Origin: Holdemania massiliensis
Lineage (GTDB): Bacteria; Bacillota_I; Bacilli_A; Erysipelotrichales; Erysipelotrichaceae
Assembly: GCF_022440805.1 (NCBI RefSeq)
Contig: NZ_JAKNTK010000001.1
Coordinates: forward strand, 1,016,542-1,040,541
DNA length: 24,000 bases
Reading direction: 5' to 3'
Positions 17,406 through 24,000 of this stretch are shown piece after piece. How positions within the stretch are numbered: position 1 is the first letter of the stretch; each line of letters opens with the position of its first letter. A program made the position numbers and the translations under genes. The notes under the pieces are model-generated. The model worked only from the letters and a program-made list of their open reading frames with translations. It ran no database searches and had not been told where the DNA came from.

Positions 17406-18287
17406 ATGCGAGGAAAGCGGAAGCGCTTTGGATGGTTTGCCGTGATGCTGGGTCTGCTGTTGTTTGCGGCAGCAGGGATGAAAGCCAGTGCGGATATGGG
17501 GCCGAAGTCTGAACTGGTTGTCGTCGTCAGAAATCCGCCGCAGGAACATTACATTGTATCGCTGATGTTTCAGACGGATGCTGCATGTCTGCCGATGCGG
17601 GAGAAGGCAGCTTCTGAGCTGACTTCCGTCATGGCAAAACAGCTTGATCAGGAATATGCGGGCTGGTACAGTGTGACCCAAGTAAGCTGTCAGAAAATAC
17701 CGCGAATGATTGTCGGCGATCTTCAGGGACAGGCGATCGGGCCAATCCGGCTGCATCGCTTCATGAATATGGCGATCACGCAGCCTTACAAGCTGATGAT
17801 CGTAACGGAAAGCGGGCAGGTCTGGATCAGCGATCCGATCTTTCAGCAGACTATGCAGCTGAAAGTGACCGTCGATTATGCGACAGGAAAGTTAACAGTA
17901 CCGCCTCAGGCTGAGGCCTACTTTTTTCAATATTTGTCTACCTTGTTGCTGACCTTGCTTGTTGAAGGCGTGATCCTGATCAAAAAGGGATTTTCTCTGC
18001 GGGAAAATGCAAAGGTATTTGTGCTGACTAACGGACTGACTCAAGGCTTGATGACATTGTGGATGCTGGTGTGCATGAACAATATGAACTTAATGCTGGC
18101 GATCGTCCTTCAGGGAATCATTGAATTGCCCATCGTTCTGATCGAAGTGTGGATCTATCACCGTTGGCTGAAAGGACAGACAAAAGAGGATCGCACAGCC
18201 CTTGCCGTGGATGCTAATTTGGCTAGCTGGACATTGGGAATGGGCATCATGCTGGCGGAGAGTCTGCTGATTCGATTGTTATTCTAA
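17406..18287 (+). CDS. Putative membrane protein with signal peptide, extracytoplasmic domain and C-terminal TM helices (ADMGPK-type hypothetical family)
   Basis: The start at ATG 17406 (MRGKRKRFGWFAVMLGLLLFAAAGMKASADMGPKSELVVVVRN) gives a classical signal peptide with an upstream aaggcgg SD; the track's longer start at 17286 is less plausible. Confidence 0.75.
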   Translation: MRGKRKRFGWFAVMLGLLLFAAAGMKASADMGPKSELVVVVRNPPQEHYIVSLMFQTDAACLPMREKAASELTSVMAKQLDQEYAGWYSVTQVSCQKIPRMIVGDLQGQAIGPIRLHRFMNMAITQPYKLMIVTESGQVWISDPIFQQTMQLKVTVDYATGKLTVPPQAEAYFFQYLSTLLLTLLVEGVILIKKGFSLRENAKVFVLTNGLTQGLMTLWMLVCMNNMNLMLAIVLQGIIELPIVLIEVWIYHRWLKGQTKEDRTALAVDANLASWTLGMGIMLAESLLIRLLF

Positions 18288-18302
18288 AGCGAATAAGAAA
18301 TG

Positions 18303-18349
18303 AAAAAGCTGTGGGACAGATTTGATATCCAAGGTCCACAGCTTTTTTT
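18303..18349 (+). terminator. Terminator between convergent genes (likely bidirectional)
   Basis: AAAAAGCTGTGG (18303-18314) pairs with CCACAGCTTTTT (18336-18347); A-run before and T-run after. Confidence 0.8.
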
Positions 18350-18504
18350 CATATGAAGTTGTTTATAAACAAAACAGGCTCAGCTTGGAAATTCACGGTT
18401 TTCCCATTTCTGCAAAATGGATGATCAAGACATTCTGTTTTAAAAATTTGACTCGAAGTTTATACAGAAAGATCATTTCACCGTTGGATTAAGCCAAGAT
18501 GTTT

Positions 18505-20379
18505 TTACCAGCTGCTGCCGGAGGTGCCGCCAAAGCCGCCGCCGGTAAAGCCGCCCCCGCCGCCTCCGCCGAAGCTGCCGCCATGCGGACCGGAGCTGGA
18601 AGAAACCGGTGCGGAAGTCATAGCCTGCTGGAAGGAGTTCATCGTCCGATCCAGCCGGCTGATCATATACCATGTTGTCCAGCCATCCGGGCCATAATAC
18701 CAGGTCGGTGGTTCGATTGTCAAACCGCGGAAATGTTTTGACCAGATATCGGTTAATCCCATCGCATAGGCATAGGGCAGAATGGAATAAAAGTAAGTCG
18801 GATCGTCCTGAACCAACATGGCCAGACGGTCCTTTTCTGCATACAGAATGAAATTCCGCAGACCTAAAACCTTACCGGTTAAACGCTGGCCGCGCTCAGT
18901 CCGTTTCTTCATGAAGACAGCACAGCCGGCACTGATTAAGGTGCAGAGAATCAGGAATATTGGAACGATCCATCCCTGATTTGCCCAGATAAAGGCCACT
19001 GTCAGCATTCCTGCCCAGAAAAGGGTGAAGAGGCTCATCCCCAAAAGCATCCCAAACTTGAAGCCGCCGCTGCAGCTGTGCCAGCGCCGCTGAAGCAGGC
19101 ATCCCATTACAATCGCCGCGATCATCAGTAAATAGGGGATGATCAGAAAAACAATCGCAGCCCCGCTGAATTCGACAGCATAGACCTGCAGGGCAGCCAG
19201 AACCGCGGCCGGCAGCGGAGCCAGGAATGCAACAACAACCTGCAAGGTGGAAGATATCCGGGTAAATAATCGTTTCTCCGGCAGATTGTAATACGCTGAG
19301 AAATCCTGAATCGCCTGATTGAGATGCGTGTAGAATTTCTCTTCCAGTTCTTTGGTCGTGACGCTGTCACGATTCTTAAATAATGCATTGAACAACCGCA
19401 GTTGCGCAACCGGAGCTGTTTCCGGCAGGGATTGAAGCTTATTGAGCTTTAATGTCTTATCCTGATCTTCAATCGATAAGTAACCGCGGTTGGCCCAGTC
19501 CAGGATCAAGGACAAAACTTCCCGGTTCTGAATCGTTCCATTTAAGATGAATCCGACTTCTGTACTGGAAATTCCTTCCGGAGCACTGAATTCCACCGGA
19601 ATGATCAGCGTCTCATCTTTTCCCCATTTCAACAGACACAGAATGCTGAGCAGGGTGGTAAAACCGCCAAGCAGAGCTAAAGGCAAAGCATAATTGGCAG
19701 CTTTGGGAAAGGTGAAATACTGATCCGGCAGATCCAGCTTCACGGTTATCCCTTCAAAGGGCTGCAGGGTGGATAAGGTTTCACCGCTGAAGGTCGTCCC
19801 TTCCTGCTGAAATTGAAACTGATCCTGCGGCAGATCGGAATAGAAGTACAGCTGATCGGCATCGAAGGGTTTCGGCATTGTCACCCGGAAGGTTACTTTT
19901 TCAATCGTCGTATCCCAGTTTACTGAAATCAGGTTCCAGTAGAAACTTTGGATCCCGCCCAGTTTCAAATCCCGGGTATGCACCTGATAGCGGATCTTAT
20001 AGCTTTCTGAAGACTGGGCATAGGTATCCGCGCTGCCTAAACGGAGATTATAGTAATCATCCTCATCACTGATCTTAACTTCATGACCGGACAACACCTC
20101 GATGTGATCGATCGGATAAACGTAACTGCGGCTGACAACCTTATCGCCAATGGCCCATGTGACACTGCGGTAACGCTTGGGAAGGGTGAGATTTAAGCCG
20201 TGGCTGGACTGCTGAAATTGAACGTCCAAGGTTTCAGTTACGGTATAGACGCCGTCTTCGCTCACCTCAATTTGAATGTCGTAATGCTCGATCGTAAAGC
20301 TTTCCTGAGCGTGAACGGGCTGTAAGCCCACAAAAAGCAGAAACAACGTCAGGACGCTGAACAAAATTCGTTTTTTCAT
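18505..20379 (-). CDS. DUF2207 domain membrane protein with Gly-rich C-terminus
   Basis: 624 aa; signal peptide, IEHYDIQIEVSEDGVYTVTETLDVQF, multiple TMs, C-terminal GGSFGGGGGGGFTGGGFGGTSGSSW; adjacent to lemA. Confidence 0.88.
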   Translation of the reverse strand: MKKRILFSVLTLFLLFVGLQPVHAQESFTIEHYDIQIEVSEDGVYTVTETLDVQFQQSSHGLNLTLPKRYRSVTWAIGDKVVSRSYVYPIDHIEVLSGHEVKISDEDDYYNLRLGSADTYAQSSESYKIRYQVHTRDLKLGGIQSFYWNLISVNWDTTIEKVTFRVTMPKPFDADQLYFYSDLPQDQFQFQQEGTTFSGETLSTLQPFEGITVKLDLPDQYFTFPKAANYALPLALLGGFTTLLSILCLLKWGKDETLIIPVEFSAPEGISSTEVGFILNGTIQNREVLSLILDWANRGYLSIEDQDKTLKLNKLQSLPETAPVAQLRLFNALFKNRDSVTTKELEEKFYTHLNQAIQDFSAYYNLPEKRLFTRISSTLQVVVAFLAPLPAAVLAALQVYAVEFSGAAIVFLIIPYLLMIAAIVMGCLLQRRWHSCSGGFKFGMLLGMSLFTLFWAGMLTVAFIWANQGWIVPIFLILCTLISAGCAVFMKKRTERGQRLTGKVLGLRNFILYAEKDRLAMLVQDDPTYFYSILPYAYAMGLTDIWSKHFRGLTIEPPTWYYGPDGWTTWYMISRLDRTMNSFQQAMTSAPVSSSSGPHGGSFGGGGGGGFTGGGFGGTSGSSW

Positions 20380-20443
20380 AAGTTTACTCCTTGATTTCTA
20401 TGCCAAGGGCACAGACGTAACTTTTGTCATTGCATTTTTGGTG

Positions 20444-20470
20444 AAAAAAATATCGCAGCGAGCGATATTT
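20444..20470 (-). terminator. Intrinsic terminator directly after lemA (minus strand)
   Basis: On the minus strand, AAATATCGC-tcgct-GCGATATTT with a T-run (complement of the A-run 20444-20450). Confidence 0.8.
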
Positions 20471-21021
20471 CAGAAAGAAACTTTGACGTTTTCGCGCTGA
20501 GCTTCATCTTTGACGACAAACAGCGGCATTTTCTTAAAACCGCAGATCCCAGCGATCAAATTGCTTGGAATGGTTTCAGTGCGGGTATTGAAGGCTTTGA
20601 CCACGCCGTTGTAATACTTGCGGGCGTTGGCAATTTCCCCTTCCATATCTTTGAGCTGACGCTGTAAGTCGATGAAGTTGGTGTTGGCTTTCAGATCCGG
20701 ATAGCTTTCTGAAATGGCCAATAACCTTCCCAATAAGCCGGAAAGGTTCTGTTCCTGGGCAATTTTTTCATCCATGGAATGAGCGTTCATAGCCAGACTG
20801 CGTGCGGAAACAACTTTTTCCAGTGTTTCTTTTTCATGTGCAGCATAGCCTTTGACCGTTTCCACTAAGTTTGGAATCAGATCATAGCGCTTGACCAGAT
20901 ACACGTCCATGGTAGAAAAGGCTTCTTCTACTTTATTCTTTAATGAAACAAACCCGTTGTAGGTCGCGATAAACCAGATGATCAGCACCGCGAGTACGAC
21001 CAGTAAAATAATCCACATCAT
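20470..21021 (-). CDS. lemA: LemA family protein
   Basis: 183 aa; YNGFVSLKNKVEEAFSTMDVYLVKRYDLIPNLVETVKGYAAHEKETLEKVV. Confidence 0.93.
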   Translation of the reverse strand: MMWIILLVVLAVLIIWFIATYNGFVSLKNKVEEAFSTMDVYLVKRYDLIPNLVETVKGYAAHEKETLEKVVSARSLAMNAHSMDEKIAQEQNLSGLLGRLLAISESYPDLKANTNFIDLQRQLKDMEGEIANARKYYNGVVKAFNTRTETIPSNLIAGICGFKKMPLFVVKDEAQRENVKVSF

Positions 21022-21285
21022 GTGTCAATTCCTCCTCTGTTGTCCCATGAGGGCTTGATCTTATTATAGCATAGCTTGCGGAAGAACATTCCTGTCAGGA
21101 CTGCGTTTTAAGAATTCTGAAAGAAGTCGGAACCGCTGTGCTGATTATGAATGAAACGGGAAATAAAGTGGAGAAGGATTGTTGATTCCAAAGTTTTGCG
21201 GCAGTCAGATTAAACCAGAAGGATTCAGCTCAGACTCTAAACAGCGCTGATGCAGGGATAAGGCTGATTGCATGGACTGATTTAC

Positions 21286-21321
21286 CAAGGAAATTGAAAC
21301 GTTTTGTTTCTTCTTTCCTTG
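21286..21321. repeat. Large intergenic inverted repeat / hairpin
   Basis: CAAGGAAA-tt-GAAAC-gtttt-GTTTC-ttc-TTTCCTTG: 13 complementary pairs with a small internal loop. Confidence 0.7.
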
Positions 21322-21398
21322 TGAGTCTGTAAGTATTGGGCGGCCAATGACCCCCGATAAAGCGAAAAATTCAGGAATTTTCGGCATTCGGAGTAAGA

Positions 21399-21426
21399 TT
21401 AACAGAATTTTAACAGAAACTTAACA
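21399..21426 (+). promoter_or_regulatory. Pho-box-like array (candidate PhoP binding site)
   Basis: TTAACA at 21399, 21410 and 21421, i.e. exact 5-nt spacers and 11-bp period, immediately upstream of the Na/Pi transporter gene. Confidence 0.75.
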
Positions 21427-21444
21427 GTCATTTTCTTTATTTCT

Positions 21445-21453
21445 TGGTATCTT
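21445..21453 (+). promoter_or_regulatory. Possible extended -10 of the Na/Pi transporter gene
   Basis: TGGTATCTT downstream of the TTAACA array. Confidence 0.4.
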
Positions 21454-21475
21454 TACCCTTGAGAGGAGTGGAAGG

Positions 21476-23134
21476 ATGACATTGCAGGATATACAGTGGG
21501 ATATGATCTTGGGCGGCTTTGGGCTGTTCTTATTTGGCATTAAATTTATGGGGGATGGATTGAAAAGTCTGGCAGGGGATAAGCTGCGGGATTACATTGA
21601 TAAATATACATCCAAACCGCTGATGGCGATTTTGATCGGGGCTTTAGTTACGATCATGATCCAGTCTAGTTCGGCAACGACCGCGATTACGATTGGTTTG
21701 GTCCGAGCCGGCTTAATGCGGCTGGAACAGGCGGCCGGGATCGTAATGGGGGCTAACATCGGAACGACGGTCACCGCTTTTTTAATCGGTTTGAAAGTGG
21801 AGCAGTTTGCGTTGTTCTTTGTATTTGCGGGCGGTGTGGTGATTTCTTTTGCCAAGCGGAAAAAGAGCCGGACGATCGGCGAAATTGTGATGGGCTTCGG
21901 CTTGTTGTTCTATGGACTGCGGATTATGGGTGATTCGTTATCCATGCTTAAGGATATGCCGGAATTCATTGCTTTTGCCGAGATGATGGGCCGTCAGCCA
22001 ATCCTGGCCTTGTTGGCCGGTACGGTGCTGACCGCTTTGATTCAGGGTTCAGCGGCAACGATCGGCGTGGTTCAGAAGCTGGTGGAAGCGGGGGCGATGT
22101 CGCTGTCGGCAGCATTGCCGTTTGTTTTCGGCTCCAATATCGGCACGACGATTACCGGGGTGTTCGCAGCAATTGGCGGCAGCTTGGCAGCCAAACGAAC
22201 GGCTGGTTTACATACGCTGTTTAATGTGATTGGGACGCTGATCGGCATGCTCCTTCTGCAGCCCTACATTCTGCTGATTACAGAATTATCAAAACTGCTG
22301 AACATTGCGCCGATGATGCAGATCGCGGTCGCGCATATCTTGTTCAATGTCGGAGCGACGATTCTGTTCTTCCCATTCTTAAAACAGATGTGCCAGCTTG
22401 TTAAAAAACTGATTCCTGGACAGGAACCGGAGCGGCTGGATATCAAAATTGATGATCTGGATGAGAATATTATTCATGAGCTGCCTGCTTCAGCACTGGA
22501 GCTTGTCCACAAATCTATATTTAAGATGGTTGATGTTGTCAGCAAGACGGTACGGGAAGCCCAGCAATACTTTATCAAAGGTACGGACGAGGAAGACCAT
22601 GAGATGATTCTGCAGTCTGAGGCGCTGATCAATAGTTTTGATACCAAGATTACGCAGTATCTGATGCAGATCTCAAAGGAAAACTTGTCAGACAGGGAAG
22701 TGGCCGATCTGAATCTCAACCTGCAGGTGATTAAGAATTTGGAACGCATCGGTGACTTGACGGTGAATCTTGTCGAGTTCTTTGAGATGGTCAATGAGGA
22801 TCAGTCCGCGTTTTCCGCCGGCGCAAAAGAGGAAGTCATGCAGATGTTTGATCTGTTCGATCATATGCTGGCCCAGTCGGTAAAAGTCTATGAATCGCAG
22901 GATTACACGCTGTATTCGGCCCTGCTGGAAGATGAAAACTATATGGATTTGCTAGAGTATAAAGCTCGCCAGAATCATTTTGAACGGATGAGCCGGCAGG
23001 AGTGCAGCTCGGCCGTAGCCGGTTCGGTATTCTGCGATATTCTGGGGAATCTGGAACGAATGGCGGATCATACCTGCAACATCGCCCGCTGTGCGGTGGA
23101 ATCAACAGGAATGGAAACACCGGAAAAGCATTGA
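21476..23134 (+). CDS. Na+/phosphate cotransporter (NptA/PNaS family) with C-terminal PhoU-like domain
   Basis: 552 aa; GFGLFLFGIKFMGDGLKSLAGDKLRDYI, IQSSSATTAITIGLV, GANIGTTVTAFLIG, second QGSAATIGVVQKLV repeat, PhoU-like tail (LKVIKNLERIGDLTVNL-type). Confidence 0.93.
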   Translation: MTLQDIQWDMILGGFGLFLFGIKFMGDGLKSLAGDKLRDYIDKYTSKPLMAILIGALVTIMIQSSSATTAITIGLVRAGLMRLEQAAGIVMGANIGTTVTAFLIGLKVEQFALFFVFAGGVVISFAKRKKSRTIGEIVMGFGLLFYGLRIMGDSLSMLKDMPEFIAFAEMMGRQPILALLAGTVLTALIQGSAATIGVVQKLVEAGAMSLSAALPFVFGSNIGTTITGVFAAIGGSLAAKRTAGLHTLFNVIGTLIGMLLLQPYILLITELSKLLNIAPMMQIAVAHILFNVGATILFFPFLKQMCQLVKKLIPGQEPERLDIKIDDLDENIIHELPASALELVHKSIFKMVDVVSKTVREAQQYFIKGTDEEDHEMILQSEALINSFDTKITQYLMQISKENLSDREVADLNLNLQVIKNLERIGDLTVNLVEFFEMVNEDQSAFSAGAKEEVMQMFDLFDHMLAQSVKVYESQDYTLYSALLEDENYMDLLEYKARQNHFERMSRQECSSAVAGSVFCDILGNLERMADHTCNIARCAVESTGMETPEKH

Positions 23135-23257
23135 TGGACCTGGATGTTTTTTGCCCGTGGACAAAGCGCCCAGATCGATTTGTAAAAAGGGAATCAAGCT
23201 GGCGGAACAGAGGATCAGCATACAGCCGGAAAACAACTCAATCATGAAGTCTGGTGA

Positions 23258-23286
23258 TTGACGCATAAGGCAGGCTCAGGTACAAT
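23258..23286 (+). promoter_or_regulatory. Promoter of the dehydrogenase gene
   Basis: -35 TTGACG (23258-23263), 17-nt spacer, -10 TACAAT (23281-23286). Confidence 0.6.
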
Positions 23287-23309
23287 GAAGCCAGAAAGAA
23301 GGAATTTGC

Positions 23310-24000
23310 ATGGAACAAATTAAAGTATGCTGGCTGATTCCGACGGAGCCTTCACTGCGCGCCTCCATACAGGCGGCGTGTCCGCAGGCGCAGATCGATT
23401 TCTGTGAACGGGCTGAGCTCAATGAACAGCGGATTGCGGAAGCGGAAGTCGTGATCGGAAATCTGCCGAAACGCTGGCTGAGCGAGGCGAAGGCGCTGCG
23501 CTGGCTGCATTTGGAAAGTGCCGGGGCTGAACAGTATGCTCAGGAAGAGAAATTAGCTCAGGATGTCCTGCTGACCAATTCGACGGGAGCTTATGGACCA
23601 GCCATCGCCGAACATATGCTGGCCGGGGTGCTGTCGGTTTATAAGAAGCTGAATCTTTATCGTGAAAATCAAAAACTGCGGGTATGGAAAAATGAGGGCA
23701 AGGTTCGTTCGCTGAAAGGTTCCTCTGTCCTGATTGTGGGCTTGGGCGATATTGGCCGGGAATTTGGCTGGCGGATGAAAGCTTTGGGATGCACGGTGAC
23801 CGGTGTAAAACGAACACCGGGGGCTTGTCCTGATTTTGTCGATCGGCTGGTGCTGATGGATCAGATTGAGGAGGAACTGCCGCAGGCGGACATCGTCGCT
23901 CTGTGCTTGCCAAGTACGCCGGAAACCCGACACTTCTTTGATCAGCGCCGGCTGGCTTTAACTCGCAGGGATTGTGTGCTTGTCAATGTGGGCCGCGGGA
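23310..24000 (+). CDS. D-isomer specific 2-hydroxyacid dehydrogenase family protein (truncated by window end; absent from the plus-strand ORF track)
   Basis: Frame from ATG 23310: MEQIKVCWLIPTEPSLRASIQAACPQ... LKGSSVLIVGLGDIGREFGWRMKALGCTVTGV (Rossmann GLGDIG) ... ALCLPSTPETRHFFDQRRLALTRRDCVLVNVGRG, open to the window end. Confidence 0.9.
   Translation, partial: MEQIKVCWLIPTEPSLRASIQAACPQAQIDFCERAELNEQRIAEAEVVIGNLPKRWLSEAKALRWLHLESAGAEQYAQEEKLAQDVLLTNSTGAYGPAIAEHMLAGVLSVYKKLNLYRENQKLRVWKNEGKVRSLKGSSVLIVGLGDIGREFGWRMKALGCTVTGVKRTPGACPDFVDRLVLMDQIEEELPQADIVALCLPSTPETRHFFDQRRLALTRRDCVLVNVGRG

Noticed and set aside
18404-18420. CCATTT-ctgca-AAATGG short hairpin downstream of the DUF2207 gene
   Set aside because: Only 6 bp with no T-run on either strand; the convincing terminator in this gap is at 18303-18349.
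21205-21387. 60-aa minus-strand ORF between lemA and the Na/Pi transporter
   Set aside because: No SD, crosses the large hairpin and has low-complexity composition; no coding support.
23002-23247. Plus-strand 81-aa ORF overlapping the end of the Na/Pi transporter gene
   Set aside because: It overlaps the PhoU-like tail in another frame, has Arg/Ser-rich random-looking composition and no good SD.
23419-23933. Minus-strand ORFs of 164 and 126 aa at the window end
   Set aside because: The plus strand has an open frame from 23310 with clear 2-hydroxyacid dehydrogenase motifs, so the minus ORFs are antisense artefacts.

Overview
This 24 kb window looks like a Firmicutes chromosome; an Erysipelotrichia-like origin is only a guess. 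Most of it is housekeeping. In order it holds: the glycogen genes glgC(3' end)-glgD-glgA; the glycolysis genes pgk-tpiA, a small membrane protein and eno; a beta-phosphoglucomutase-like HAD gene; a divergent PRD-type PTS regulator; a galactitol/Sgc-type PTS operon (IIB-IIC-2TM/PH-like protein-IIA-BtpA/SgcQ-like-epimerase/SgcE-like); secG-rnr-smpB; a signal-peptide/membrane protein (ADMGPK family-like) preceded by a frameshifted relic of a relative; lemA plus a DUF2207-type gene; a Na/Pi cotransporter with a PhoP-box-like array; and the start of a D-2-hydroxyacid dehydrogenase gene. I did not find a clear defence system, CRISPR array, mobile element, tRNA or rRNA. The most notable observations are: (1) the sgc-like PTS cluster, with a translationally coupled uncharacterised membrane protein and an epimerase that keeps the His/Asp catalytic residues but lacks the canonical NPGFGGQ phosphate loop; (2) the unannotated decayed paralogue at about 16975-17243; (3) three TTAACA repeats at exact 11-bp period upstream of the Na/Pi transporter; (4) a near-consensus cre site upstream of pgk; and (5) terminators placed inside otherwise co-directional gene pairs (secG|rnr and lemA|DUF2207).
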